Notes under the pieces: model-generated
The model's input: the letters and a program-made list of their open reading frames with translations, nothing else
What the model was told of the DNA's origin: nothing
Databases searched by the model: none
Source: an uncultured Eubacteriales bacterium
GTDB lineage: Bacteria > Bacillota > Clostridia > TANB77 > UBA1234
NCBI GenBank assembly: GCA_964394075.1
Contig: CAYMVI010000001.1
Span: 167,195 to 231,194 of the forward strand
Direction of reading: 5' to 3'
Length of the DNA: 64,000 bases
Translations under genes and position numbers: made by a program
Shown: positions 9,411 through 20,181 of the stretch, piece by piece
How positions within the stretch are numbered: the stretch's first letter is position 1
Layout: each line of letters begins with the position of its first letter

Positions 9411-10379
9411 ATGAAATATTCTTCATTAATTAAAGGAACTCTTATATTTGGATTTTTAGTGTCAACATTACTTGTTTCTATGATGTATGGCGCGGGATTT
9501 TTTGAAGAAGTTGCAATTGGAATGGATTCAGAATTATTAGCAGCATTAGAATTTTGGATTGGTATAGGAATTGCTATTGCATTAGCAGCAAATCTGTGGT
9601 TTATACCAGTGCATATTAAAAAAGGACTTTCTTTAATAAAAAATAAAGTAAATAAAAAACATATCGAAAGCGACACGTACATTTATACAAGAGATTTGCC
9701 TGATTATAATGCAGCGGTAGCTGGGGCGTTATATGATTTTAAATCTACTTTTGAAGAAGATTATGTGGCAGGAGTTTTAGATCTTATTGCAAAAGGATAT
9801 ATTCTTGAAAGAGGTAATCATTTGGTTGTAGATACCAAGAAAACAAGAGAAGGATTATTAAAAAATGAAATTTATATTTTAGGTTCATGTGAAAAAGCAC
9901 ACCAAAATTTAAAATCTTTAATTAATTTTGAATTTTACAGAGCATTAAAAGATGATATGTATAATTTAGGGTTTTATAAAAAACAAATATGGCTCGATAA
10001 AATAAGAGAAAAGTTCCAATATTGGTGGGCAAAAGATCGTGACAGAACAGTGAAAATAACATACTTTTCATGCATATTCTGCTTCTTTGCTTTTGTGTGG
10101 GGGATAAGCTCAAATGTTACGATGACACTTTTTGTATTGTTATTGTTATATATTGCAGGACTTGTATTTTTGAGAAAAAACAAATTAACTAAATTGGGTG
10201 AAGAAGAAAAAGAAAGTATGACTAAGTTAAAACATTTCTTAGAAAGAGAAACCGATTTTAAAGATAAGGAATTAGCTGAGAAAAAGTTATGGGATAGATA
10301 TCCAGCGTTTGCGGTTGCTCTTGGAGTAAATAAAGAAATGTCTGAAAGGATAGTTGCAAAGTTAAAAAGAAAGAACTAA
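9411..10379 (+). CDS. membrane protein, tandem paralog 2 (DUF2207-like C-terminus ..LWDRYPAFAVALGVN)
   Basis: 322 aa with RBS AAGGAG. It is about 45% identical to the next ORF across its full length. Confidence 0.65.
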   Translation: MKYSSLIKGTLIFGFLVSTLLVSMMYGAGFFEEVAIGMDSELLAALEFWIGIGIAIALAANLWFIPVHIKKGLSLIKNKVNKKHIESDTYIYTRDLPDYNAAVAGALYDFKSTFEEDYVAGVLDLIAKGYILERGNHLVVDTKKTREGLLKNEIYILGSCEKAHQNLKSLINFEFYRALKDDMYNLGFYKKQIWLDKIREKFQYWWAKDRDRTVKITYFSCIFCFFAFVWGISSNVTMTLFVLLLLYIAGLVFLRKNKLTKLGEEEKESMTKLKHFLERETDFKDKELAEKKLWDRYPAFAVALGVNKEMSERIVAKLKRKN

Positions 10380-10405
10380 TAAAGCGAACTTGTGGGGGAG
10401 TTTAA

Positions 10406-11374
10406 ATGAAAGCATCTAAAATATTTAAAGTGGCAACTCTAGTATCTTCTGGATTAATAGGAGTATGCGTGGTTACGGACGTTATGCATTGGATAAAATA
10501 TGGATATCTAATAGCAGACAAAGAATTTACATATTATATTTGGGCTTGGCTTTTTGCGGTTGCTGCTGCTAATGCGTCAATGTTGCCACTGTATCTTATA
10601 AGTTTATTTTCAGGTGCAAATCGTGGAGTTAGCAAAACGTTTAAAGATAGCAAAAAATTTATTTATACCAGAGATTTGCCAATATACAATGCTGCAATTG
10701 CGGGTACTTTGTATGATTTAAAAACTGATTATGAGCAAGAATTTGTTGCATGTATAATGGATCTTATAGTTAGAGGGTATATTACAGAAAAAAGAGATTC
10801 TTTGGAGGTTGATTTTTATAAAGTGAGAGAAGATGTTTTGGAAGGAAAACTTTCAAAGTGCGAAATGTTTTTAATTGAATTGTGTAGGCATAATACTACT
10901 AGAATTAAAAGTGGTGTGTTGATAAATTTTGCTGAAAAAGTTGAAGAAGACTTATTGGATATGGGGCTTTATAGGAAGCAAGGTTGGGTAGATAGAATAA
11001 AAAAAGAATTTGGTGCAGATGCATTTTGTGAAAATCCTAATTATATGAATAATTTGATGGTGATAATATTCATGTCTATGATTGTTATAGTAATGGGGTT
11101 ATATTTTAATTGGAAAGCTACTGTGGGTGTGGCACTTATCTTTGCATTGACTCTAATGATTGCATTAAGAACGACAAGACTTACTAAAGCAGGTGAAGAA
11201 GAAAAAGAAAGTATGACTAAATTAAAGCACTTTCTTGAAAGAGAAACTTCTTTCGAAACTAAAGAATATAAAGAAAGAAAATTGTGGGATAGATATCCGG
11301 CCTTTGCGGTTGCCCTTGGTGTAAACCAAGTAATGTCAAAAGAAATAATGAGAAAATTAAATATAGAAGACTAA
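10406..11374 (+). CDS. membrane protein, tandem paralog 3
   Basis: 322 aa. A block of about 65 nt near 11195 is nearly identical to 10195 (GEEEKESMTKLKHFLERET). Confidence 0.65.
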   Translation: MKASKIFKVATLVSSGLIGVCVVTDVMHWIKYGYLIADKEFTYYIWAWLFAVAAANASMLPLYLISLFSGANRGVSKTFKDSKKFIYTRDLPIYNAAIAGTLYDLKTDYEQEFVACIMDLIVRGYITEKRDSLEVDFYKVREDVLEGKLSKCEMFLIELCRHNTTRIKSGVLINFAEKVEEDLLDMGLYRKQGWVDRIKKEFGADAFCENPNYMNNLMVIIFMSMIVIVMGLYFNWKATVGVALIFALTLMIALRTTRLTKAGEEEKESMTKLKHFLERETSFETKEYKERKLWDRYPAFAVALGVNQVMSKEIMRKLNIED

Positions 11375-11387
11375 GGAAGAGGTTAAT

Positions 11388-11798
11388 ATGAAAATATATA
11401 TTTCAGGTTCAATATATGGTGGTAGAGAAAAATTAGAAACATATAAAAAAATGATTCCTGCATTAGAAGAATATGCAGAAGTGGTTGATAAAAATATTGC
11501 GGATGATGATGTGTTGAAAAAAGAAGAGTTTCAAAAAGACGAAGATGTGTTTCAAGATTTAGAAGAAAAATTAAAATCTGCAGATTTGATATTTGCAGAA
11601 GTTACAATTCCTTCATTAGGAGTTGGATATGAACTTGGTCTTGCGGATGCATTAGGTAAAAGAGTAATTGGAATATATGATACAACTATTACTCCTAAAG
11701 TGAGTACAATGATAAGAGGAAATAAAAGAATAAGGTTGATACCTTATGAAAATATAGATGAAATTTTAAATAATTTAAAAGACATTTTAGAAGTGTAA
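11388..11798 (+). CDS. 2'-deoxynucleoside 5'-phosphate N-hydrolase (DNPH1/Rcl-like)
   Basis: It contains YISGSIYGGRE and AEVTIPSLGVGYELGLA, which closely match the DNPH1 motifs GSIRGGR and AEVTQPSLGVGYELG. Confidence 0.7.
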   Translation: MKIYISGSIYGGREKLETYKKMIPALEEYAEVVDKNIADDDVLKKEEFQKDEDVFQDLEEKLKSADLIFAEVTIPSLGVGYELGLADALGKRVIGIYDTTITPKVSTMIRGNKRIRLIPYENIDEILNNLKDILEV

Positions 11799-11849
11799 TT
11801 TTTAGTAATAAGACTAATGAAATATTAGTTTAGAAGGAATGATAGAAAT

Positions 11850-12893
11850 ATGAGTGGTGACAGGATAACTTTGAAAAGTTTATCTGTTGAAGAAATTGAT
11901 AAATTGAGTGATTTACAAATGTACAACATAATGTTTGGGCCTCTTGTTAATGGGATTCAAGATTTATACGCATTTGGGGAAGAAGAATTAAACAAAACTT
12001 GCGTTGCTGTTTATGGTGCTACATCAAAAAAGATAAAAGATAGAGTTGAAACTGCGGTAAGATTTTCTAGTAAAAGAAAACCAAAGATGATTATATTTAG
12101 TGGTGGTCATAGTTGGGATGGAGTTGGTATTAGAAAAGATGGCAGTCATACAAAATTTTGGAGTAATGGTGTATATGTAAATAGACTCTTTAATAGAAGT
12201 AATGAGTTTTGTGAAGATTTTTCTTTTTTAGAAAATGTAGTTGCTGACAGAATGATTGCTGAGTATGTTAATAGAGTATTAGAAGATATGTATGCTGATG
12301 AAAATTTAAATGTGAATTTAATGGCTGCGTATAATGCGCGTGAAGAAAGTAAAAAAGATTATACATTTGTTAAATGGTTTTCAGAAAGAACTAAAGCAGA
12401 TTGGAAAGCGAAACAAATTCTTAATGAGTATACAATTAATCAATATATAATCAATCATTTTTCAGAAGCAGATATAATGAATTATTTTTGGAAATACCTT
12501 GGTGGTGCTCAATCTGGTATCCATACATGTAAAGAAAATGCATCAAATAATACTTTTGAAAATGCGACATACTGTATGGAGATATTGAGTAAAGATGCTC
12601 CTGAAACAGAGACGATGGCGGTTGTTTCTGAATGGCCATATCTTTTAAGAGCGATTGCTACAACTAAAAAACAAGGAGATATCCATGGAATAAAAGTTCT
12701 TCCGCTTCCAGCAGAAGGTTTTAAATATGATAGAAAGATGTGCATGAAATTATTGAGAGATGAGGCTAAAAAGATAATTCAATATGATGATGCAGAAGAT
12801 ATAGATATAACAGATTATATAAAAATGAAAACTAAAATAAAAAATGGTCCTGATTATGGATTTGATGTTGATGACATCGGTGGAGAAATATAA
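11850..12893 (+). CDS. hypothetical protein, possibly DUF218 (YdcF/ElyC-like)
   Basis: A GG-rich Rossmann-like core (VAVYGATS...MIIFSGGHS) is present. The assignment is weak. Confidence 0.35.
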   Translation: MSGDRITLKSLSVEEIDKLSDLQMYNIMFGPLVNGIQDLYAFGEEELNKTCVAVYGATSKKIKDRVETAVRFSSKRKPKMIIFSGGHSWDGVGIRKDGSHTKFWSNGVYVNRLFNRSNEFCEDFSFLENVVADRMIAEYVNRVLEDMYADENLNVNLMAAYNAREESKKDYTFVKWFSERTKADWKAKQILNEYTINQYIINHFSEADIMNYFWKYLGGAQSGIHTCKENASNNTFENATYCMEILSKDAPETETMAVVSEWPYLLRAIATTKKQGDIHGIKVLPLPAEGFKYDRKMCMKLLRDEAKKIIQYDDAEDIDITDYIKMKTKIKNGPDYGFDVDDIGGEI

Positions 12894-12913
12894 GTTTAGG
12901 ATGGTGTAAAGAT

Positions 12914-15538
12914 TTGAAAAAGTTAGTTGCAATAGATGGTAATAGTATTATGAATAGAGCCTTCTATGGAATAATGAATGCTAAAATGCTTATGACGTCT
13001 GATGGTGTATATACAAATGCGATATATGGATTTTTATCTATATTGATGAAGCTTTTAAATGAAGAAACTCCAGATTATATTTGTGTGGCTTTTGATTTAA
13101 AAGCTCCAACTTTTAGACATAAAAAATACGATGGATATAAAGCTACAAGAAAAGGTATGCCTGACGAGCTTCGTATGCAAATGCCTATTATAAAAGATGT
13201 TTTGAAAGCAATGAATATTTCTGTATTAGAACTTGAAGGTTACGAGGCAGATGACATTTTAGGAACACTTGCTAAATATGGTGAAGATAATGATATCGAA
13301 GTTTTATTATTAACAGGAGATAGAGATGCACTGCAATTAGTATCGCCTAAAGTAACTGTTAGAATCCCAACAACAAGAATGGGTAAAACAGAAAGCACAG
13401 ATTATTCACCAGAAGTAGTAAAAGAAAAGTTTGGAATTAATCCGATTGATTTTATTCAAATAAAAGGCTTGATGGGGGATACTTCAGATAATATTCCTGG
13501 TGTGCCTGGTGTTGGTGAAAAAACAGCATTTTCACTTATTACAAAACATGGCAATATTGATGCTATTTATGAAGCTTTAGATAAAGGTGAAGAAATAGAA
13601 GGCGTTAAAGGTAAGTTGAAAGAAAAACTTATAGAGAATAAAGAATTAGCTTACTTATCTAGAGAGTTAGGAACTATATTTAGAGAAGTTCCTTTAGATT
13701 TTGATAAGTTGGATATTTCTAAAAAAGAGTTTAATAATGATGAATTATATAATTTGTTTTTGAAACTTCAGTTAAAGACGTTCATAGATAAACTAGGTTT
13801 GGTGGCAGGAAGTGATTCTGTAGAAAATCAAATTGAAAATGAAGAGTTAGAAACTTCTGATATTAAAGAATTACGAATGGAAGGTTTAGAAAAGATTTCG
13901 TATTATTGGAATGATAATGAATTTGCTGCATATGATGGCAAGAAAGCATACTATACAGCAAATGTATCAGACGAAACTTTAAAGAATATTTTTGAATTTG
14001 ATACTTTGAAAATTGGATATGATGAGAAAAAAGATTATCTTAGATTGAAACATAAGGATATAAAAGCAAAAAACTTAATGTTTGATTTGACTATTGCTGC
14101 ATATCTTTTGGATCCTTCAAGAAGTGCTTATAAATTAGATGATTTGATTCTTGAAAAGCTAGGAATACTTGTAGAGAAAAAAGAAGAGGCTGCTCAAATT
14201 ACACTATTAGGATTTTGTGATGAGCAAACTCAAGATAATAAGGATACTTATTGTAAGTATGCTAAATATATTTTCTTGTGTAAAGAAAAATTTGAAGGGG
14301 AACTGAAGGAAAAAGAAGAATACAAATTGTTTGTGGATATTGAAATGCCGCTTATGAAAGTACTTGCTGATATGGAGTTTGAAGGTGTGTTAGTAGATAA
14401 AGAAATGCTTTCGGAATATTCTGTATCTTTAACTGGAAAAGTTGAAACGTTAGCAAAAGAAATTTGGGAGTTGGCAGGAACGGAGTTTAATGTTAATTCG
14501 CCAAAACAATTAGGTGAAATTTTATTTGAAAAGTTGAATTTGCCTGTAATAAAGAAAACTAAAAGTGGATATTCAACAGATAGTGATGTGCTAGAAAAAC
14601 TATCTAATGAACATCCAATAGTTGAAAAAGTATTAGAATATAGATTGCTTGCTAAATTAAAGGCGACGTATGTTGATGGTATGTTGGGATTAATAAATCC
14701 TAATACACAAAGAATACATGCTAAATTTAATCAAACGGTAACTGCTACTGGCAGAATAAGTTGCACAGAACCAAATCTTCAAAACATTCCTATAAGAACA
14801 GAACTAGGTAGAGAACTTAGAAAAATATTTGTAGCAAAAGAAGGTTATGTATTTTTAGATGCAGACTATTCACAAGTAGAACTTCGTGTGCTTGCACATA
14901 TGTCTGGTGATGAAAATATGATTCGTGCTTTTACAGATGATATTGATGTTCATACTTTAACAGCTTCTCAAGTTTTTAATACACCGATTGAAGAAGTTAC
15001 AAAACAAATGAGAAGTGAGGCAAAAGCAGTAAACTTTGGAATTGTATATGGAATAAGCGATTTTGGATTAGCAGAGAATATAAAAATTTCTAGAAAGAAA
15101 GCAAAAATGTATATCGAAAAATATTTTGAAACATATCCTAATATAAAAACATATATGGATAACTTAGTTCAAAGTGGAAAAGACAATGGATTTGTTGAAA
15201 CTTTATGGGGAAGAAGAAGATATATTCCTGAATTAAAATCAAATAATTTTAATGTTAGACAATTTGGAGAACGTGTTGCAAAGAATGCACCTATCCAAGG
15301 TACAGCTGCTGACATTATAAAAATAGCGATGATAAATATTCAAAAAGAATTAGAAAAAAAGAATTTAGAATCAAAATTAATATTGCAAGTTCATGACGAA
15401 CTTGTTATTGAAACAAAAGAAAGTGAACTTGAAATGGTTCAAGAAATTTTAGTTAGAAACATGGAAAATGTAATTTCTATGAAGGTACCTTTGAAAGCAG
15501 AGGCAAATTATGGAAAAACATGGTATGATGCACACTAA
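12914..15538 (+). CDS. polA: DNA polymerase I
   Basis: 874 aa with a 5'-3' exonuclease N-terminus, DYSQVELRVLAH and RRRYIPEL motifs. A TTG start is likely. Confidence 0.9.
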   Translation: MKKLVAIDGNSIMNRAFYGIMNAKMLMTSDGVYTNAIYGFLSILMKLLNEETPDYICVAFDLKAPTFRHKKYDGYKATRKGMPDELRMQMPIIKDVLKAMNISVLELEGYEADDILGTLAKYGEDNDIEVLLLTGDRDALQLVSPKVTVRIPTTRMGKTESTDYSPEVVKEKFGINPIDFIQIKGLMGDTSDNIPGVPGVGEKTAFSLITKHGNIDAIYEALDKGEEIEGVKGKLKEKLIENKELAYLSRELGTIFREVPLDFDKLDISKKEFNNDELYNLFLKLQLKTFIDKLGLVAGSDSVENQIENEELETSDIKELRMEGLEKISYYWNDNEFAAYDGKKAYYTANVSDETLKNIFEFDTLKIGYDEKKDYLRLKHKDIKAKNLMFDLTIAAYLLDPSRSAYKLDDLILEKLGILVEKKEEAAQITLLGFCDEQTQDNKDTYCKYAKYIFLCKEKFEGELKEKEEYKLFVDIEMPLMKVLADMEFEGVLVDKEMLSEYSVSLTGKVETLAKEIWELAGTEFNVNSPKQLGEILFEKLNLPVIKKTKSGYSTDSDVLEKLSNEHPIVEKVLEYRLLAKLKATYVDGMLGLINPNTQRIHAKFNQTVTATGRISCTEPNLQNIPIRTELGRELRKIFVAKEGYVFLDADYSQVELRVLAHMSGDENMIRAFTDDIDVHTLTASQVFNTPIEEVTKQMRSEAKAVNFGIVYGISDFGLAENIKISRKKAKMYIEKYFETYPNIKTYMDNLVQSGKDNGFVETLWGRRRYIPELKSNNFNVRQFGERVAKNAPIQGTAADIIKIAMINIQKELEKKNLESKLILQVHDELVIETKESELEMVQEILVRNMENVISMKVPLKAEANYGKTWYDAH

Positions 15539-15617
15539 AAATAAGCAAAAAACACTACCAAAACGGCTATAACTATGATAAAATAGGCGAAGAAATCAAG
15601 GAAAGGGAGGAATTATA

Positions 15618-16349
15618 ATGTCAGGACACAGCAAATGGCATAATATTCAAGCGAAAAAGAGTAAAACAGATGCTCAAAGAGGAAAGATTTTTACAAAATT
15701 AGGAAGAGAAATATTAGTTGCAGTTAAAGAAGGTGGCCCTGATCCTGCATCAAATTCTAAACTTAAGGACGTAATAGCAAAATGTAAGGCAAATAACATG
15801 CCTAACGATAATATAGAAAGAAGTATCAAAAAAGCTGCAGGAGATTCAAGTGCTGCTAACTACGAAGATATCGTATATGAAGGCTATGGACCAAATGGTG
15901 TAGCTGTAATGGTTGAAGCTATGACAGATAACAGAAATAGAACTGCGTCAGATGTAAGACATATGTTTGATAAATTTGGTGGAAACTTAGGTGCTTCAGG
16001 TGCGGTTGCATGGATGTTTGATAAGAAAGGTGTAATTATTATCGAAAAATCTGCAACATCACTTTCAGAAGATGATTTAATGTTAGAAGTTATTGAAGCA
16101 GGTGCTGAAAACTTTGAAGCTGATGAAGAAATATATGAGATTACAACCGCACCAGCAGACTTTACAGCTGTAAGAGAATATCTTGAAGGAAAAGGTATTG
16201 TATACTTAGAAGCGGAATTAAAAATGATTCCACAAAACTATGTTAAATTAGATGCAGAGAGTGCTAGAAAAATGAACTTAATTATAGATAACTTAGAAGA
16301 TTTAGATGATGTTCAAGCAGTATGGCACAACTGGGATGAAGAAGAATAG
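15618..16349 (+). CDS. yebC: YebC/PmpR family DNA-binding transcriptional regulator
   Basis: [12 protein letters not shown]-terminus in a 243-aa protein. Confidence 0.85.
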   Translation: MSGHSKWHNIQAKKSKTDAQRGKIFTKLGREILVAVKEGGPDPASNSKLKDVIAKCKANNMPNDNIERSIKKAAGDSSAANYEDIVYEGYGPNGVAVMVEAMTDNRNRTASDVRHMFDKFGGNLGASGAVAWMFDKKGVIIIEKSATSLSEDDLMLEVIEAGAENFEADEEIYEITTAPADFTAVREYLEGKGIVYLEAELKMIPQNYVKLDAESARKMNLIIDNLEDLDDVQAVWHNWDEEE

Positions 16350-16360
16350 GAGTAAAAAAC

Positions 16361-16669
16361 GTGATAATAGTAGATTATACAAATCCAGTAGTATTAATTT
16401 TTATGTTAGTGTTTTTTATAACAATGGGTGTTTTAAGCTACGTTAAAAAGAATGCGTGGTTTGCAATGACATCCGCAATAGTTGCCTTGACAATGCTTAT
16501 AGTGCATATAGGATTAAAAGACGTGTTGGGCAAAGAGGTATTGAAAATAAATGCTGCAGTAGATTTTATAATGCTAGCTATTAATCTTCCTTTACTTCTA
16601 ATCGTAGATGAAATAGAGACTAGAAGAGGAATAATAAAAAAAGTATTTGAAAATAAATATAAAAAGTAA
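16361..16669 (+). CDS. small hypothetical membrane protein
   Basis: 102 aa with about three transmembrane helices. It has a GTG start after GGAG. Confidence 0.4.
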   Translation: MIIVDYTNPVVLIFMLVFFITMGVLSYVKKNAWFAMTSAIVALTMLIVHIGLKDVLGKEVLKINAAVDFIMLAINLPLLLIVDEIETRRGIIKKVFENKYKK

Positions 16670-16699
16670 AATACTTTTAGATTGAGAAAAGTTTTTAAT

Positions 16700-16738
16700 T
16701 AAGGCACTCAAGAGAATTATTCTTGTGTGCCGATTTTT
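16700..16738 (+). terminator. rho-independent terminator
   Basis: Hairpin GGCACTCAAGAG..CTTGTGTGCC followed by a T-run. Confidence 0.5.
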
Positions 16739-16753
16739 TACATATAAGGAGGA

Positions 16754-17458
16754 ATGACTATGAGCAAAAAACATTTATTTTTCGATTTAGACGATACTCT
16801 TATTAAATGCTCTGGGTATTTTTATGACATCATGGATACAGTTGCATACAAATTTTTAGAGTACGATTTAGATTACTCCTTAAAAGAAATTAAAGAGTTG
16901 TTTGATGAAATACAAATGGAAAATATAGCAGAACATGGATATGGACCAGATAATTTTAAATATTCGCTAATGCAGGCGGGAAGCAGACTTATAGGATATG
17001 ATTTCTTTAAGGATAACTTAGCAGAATTTATAGAGAATGAGACAAAAATTTTATACAATCATCCAATAGAACTTATTGAAGGTGCAGAAGAGACAATTAA
17101 ATATTTATATGATAAAGGTTATAACTTACATATTTTAACGAAGGGCTCACAAACTGTCCAAAAAGATAGAGTTAATAAATTACCTATCAAAAAATATTTT
17201 GATGATTATTATATAGTTAAACACAAAGAAAAATCAGATTACGAAGATATATTGTCTTCTTGTAAATTAAGTTCTAAAGATTGTTTCATGATTGGCAATA
17301 GTCCCAAAGGAGATATCAACGAAGCTAAGCTTGCAGGTTTTAATACAGTATATATTCCAAGTGCAGATACTTGGGCTTTGGAAGATGAAAAGATAGCAAA
17401 TACAAAACCAAAGACATATGAATTAGATAATATTTTAGGATTAAAAAATATCTTTTAA
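16754..17458 (+). CDS. HAD-superfamily hydrolase
   Basis: FFDLDDTL motif I. The likely start is ATG 16760, 8 nt after AAGGAGG. Confidence 0.65.
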   Translation: MTMSKKHLFFDLDDTLIKCSGYFYDIMDTVAYKFLEYDLDYSLKEIKELFDEIQMENIAEHGYGPDNFKYSLMQAGSRLIGYDFFKDNLAEFIENETKILYNHPIELIEGAEETIKYLYDKGYNLHILTKGSQTVQKDRVNKLPIKKYFDDYYIVKHKEKSDYEDILSSCKLSSKDCFMIGNSPKGDINEAKLAGFNTVYIPSADTWALEDEKIANTKPKTYELDNILGLKNIF

Positions 17459-17506
17459 TAGTGTATACTTATTTATGGCAAAAATATTTACGAAGAGGAG
17501 ATAACA

Positions 17507-17962
17507 ATGAAAGCTGTAGTTCAAAGAGTACAAAATTCAAAGTTAGTAATAGATAATAAAGAATATTCTAGTATAGATAAAGGTTTCTTAGTATTACTTG
17601 GTGTAACTCATGAAGATACAAAAAAGGAAGCTGAAGTTCTTGCTGAAAAAATTTCTAAGTTAAGAGTTTTTGAAGATGAAAATGAAAAGATGAATTTATC
17701 TGTTATGGATGTGCACGGTTCATTACATATAGTTTCACAATTTACTTTGTATGCAGATTCACATCATGGTAATAGACCAAGTTTTATAAATGCAGCAAGA
17801 CCTGAACAAGCAAATGAACTTTATGAATATTTTATAGAGTGTTGCAAAAAGACTGGATTACCAGTAGCTACAGGTTCTTTTGGTGCAATGATGGAAATTA
17901 CATTTACTAATATGGGGCCAGTTACAATTATATTAGAATGTGTTGATGGTAAGATATTGTAG
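17507..17962 (+). CDS. dtd: D-aminoacyl-tRNA deacylase
   Basis: MKAVVQRV N-terminus in a 151-aa protein with SQFTL. Confidence 0.85.
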   Translation: MKAVVQRVQNSKLVIDNKEYSSIDKGFLVLLGVTHEDTKKEAEVLAEKISKLRVFEDENEKMNLSVMDVHGSLHIVSQFTLYADSHHGNRPSFINAARPEQANELYEYFIECCKKTGLPVATGSFGAMMEITFTNMGPVTIILECVDGKIL

Positions 17963-18010
17963 AATGATTTAGCAGAAGATAAACAGAAGAATTTTGATAA
18001 GGAGAAAACG

Positions 18011-20155
18011 ATGATTACTATTGAAGAAAGACTAGTAAAAGAATTTAAATTAAAACCATTTCAAGTTGAAAATGCAATTAAATTAATTGATGAAGGAAAC
18101 ACAATTCCTTTCATCGCAAGATATAGAAAAGAAGCAACAGGAGAAATGTCTGACGAACAATTACGTGATTTGTTTGAAAGACTTACTTATTTAAGAAACT
18201 TAGATAAAAGAAAAGAAGAAGTTATTCGTTTAATTGATGAACAAGGAAAATTAGATGAAGAACTTCGAGCTAAAATTATTGCTTCTGAAACAATGACAGA
18301 AGTTGAAGATTTGTATAGACCATACAAACAAAAGAAGAGAACTAGAGCGACTATAGCTAAGGAAAAAGGTTTAGAACCTCTTGCAATTATCTTCTGGGAA
18401 CAAACTGAAAAAGTTGATGTTGAAGAAGAAGCTAGCAAATATATTGATGAAGAAAAAGGTGTTGCTACTGCAGAAGAAGCAATACAAGGTGCTAAAGATA
18501 TAGTTGCTGAAATGATCTCAGATGTTGCAGATTATAGAAAAGAAATTAGAAATATCATTTATAGAAAAGGTATGATTTCGTCTAAAGCTGCAAAGGATGA
18601 AAAATCTGTTTATGAAATGTATTATGATTACAGCGAAGCTGTAAATAAAATTCCTAGTCATAGAATACTAGCTATGAATAGAGGAGAAAAAGAAGAATTC
18701 TTAAAAGTTAAAATTGAAGAAACTGATGATGAGATTTTAGCTTACTTGAATAGTGAAGTAATTATCGAAGATAGTCCATATGTGGAGATTTTAACAGATG
18801 TAATTGCTGATTCTTATAAAAGACTTATTAAGCCATCTGTTGAAAATGAAGTTAGAAATGATTTAACTGGAGTGGCTGAAGAACAAGCTATAAAAGTGTT
18901 TGGACAAAATGCGAAAAAGTTATTATTACAACCACCTCTAAAAGGTTTAACAGTTATGGGGTTTGACCCAGCTTATAGAACTGGTTGTAAAATTGCTGTT
19001 ATTGATGAAACAGGAAAACTTTTAGATACAACAACTGTTTATCCAACAGAGCCACAAAATGATGTTGATGGTGCAAAGAAAAAATTATTAGAATTAATTA
19101 ATAAGTATACTATCAATATGATTGCGATTGGTAATGGAACTGCATCAAGAGAATCTGAAATGTTTGTTTCTGATATGATTAAATTAGTAAAACATGATAT
19201 TTATTACGCAATGGTAAGTGAGGCTGGTGCTTCTGTTTATTCAGCATCAAAACTTGCTACTGAGGAATATCCTGATATTAACGTATCTTTAAGAGGTGCG
19301 ATTTCAATAGCAAGAAGATTACAAGATCCTCTTGCAGAACTTGTTAAAATTGATCCAAAGAGTATTGGTGTTGGTCAATATCAACATGATGTTAACCAAA
19401 CAAGACTTGATGAAAGTTTAACTGGTGTTGTAGAAGATGCAGTTAATAGCATTGGTGTTGATTTAAATACTGCCACGCCATCACTATTAAAATATGTTTC
19501 TGGCATTAACAAAACTTTGGCTAACAATATTGTTAAATATAGAGATGAACATGGAAAGATTAAAGATAGAAAAGAACTTTTAAAGGTTTCTAAGTTAGGA
19601 CCTGTTGCATTTACACAATGTGCTGGTTTCTTGAGAATATTAGATGGAAAGAACCCGTTAGATAACACTTCTGTTCATCCAGAAAGTTATGAAGCTGCAG
19701 AAAAGATTTTAAATATTGCTGGCTATGAAGTAAAAGATATTAAAGAAAAATTAGGCGAAGTTAAAGCAAAACTTGCAACACTAGATGTTGAAAAGATTGC
19801 TAAGGAATTAGAAATTGGTGTACCTACTGTAAAAGATATTATTAAAGAGTTGCAAAAGCCAGGTAGAGATCCAAGAGAAGATATGCCAAAACCAATTTTA
19901 AGAAGCGATGTTTTGAAGATGGAAGATTTACAAGAAGGAATGATATTAACTGGTACAGTTCGTAATGTTATTGATTTTGGTGCGTTTGTAGATATCGGAG
20001 TTAAGAGTGATGGACTTGTTCATATATCTGAACTTAGTGAAAAGTTTGTAAAGAATCCGATGGATGTAGTTGCAGTTGGTGATATTGTAAAAGTTAGAGT
20101 TATAAAGGTTGATTTAGAAAAGAAAAAAGTTTCTTTATCAATGAAAGGTGTTTAG
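18011..20155 (+). CDS. tex: Tex-like transcription accessory protein (YqgF, HhH and S1 domains)
   Basis: 714 aa with a C-terminal S1 domain and HhH region. Confidence 0.85.
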   Translation: MITIEERLVKEFKLKPFQVENAIKLIDEGNTIPFIARYRKEATGEMSDEQLRDLFERLTYLRNLDKRKEEVIRLIDEQGKLDEELRAKIIASETMTEVEDLYRPYKQKKRTRATIAKEKGLEPLAIIFWEQTEKVDVEEEASKYIDEEKGVATAEEAIQGAKDIVAEMISDVADYRKEIRNIIYRKGMISSKAAKDEKSVYEMYYDYSEAVNKIPSHRILAMNRGEKEEFLKVKIEETDDEILAYLNSEVIIEDSPYVEILTDVIADSYKRLIKPSVENEVRNDLTGVAEEQAIKVFGQNAKKLLLQPPLKGLTVMGFDPAYRTGCKIAVIDETGKLLDTTTVYPTEPQNDVDGAKKKLLELINKYTINMIAIGNGTASRESEMFVSDMIKLVKHDIYYAMVSEAGASVYSASKLATEEYPDINVSLRGAISIARRLQDPLAELVKIDPKSIGVGQYQHDVNQTRLDESLTGVVEDAVNSIGVDLNTATPSLLKYVSGINKTLANNIVKYRDEHGKIKDRKELLKVSKLGPVAFTQCAGFLRILDGKNPLDNTSVHPESYEAAEKILNIAGYEVKDIKEKLGEVKAKLATLDVEKIAKELEIGVPTVKDIIKELQKPGRDPREDMPKPILRSDVLKMEDLQEGMILTGTVRNVIDFGAFVDIGVKSDGLVHISELSEKFVKNPMDVVAVGDIVKVRVIKVDLEKKKVSLSMKGV

Positions 20156-20181
20156 TAAAAAATTAAGAAGAGGTGTAAGAA

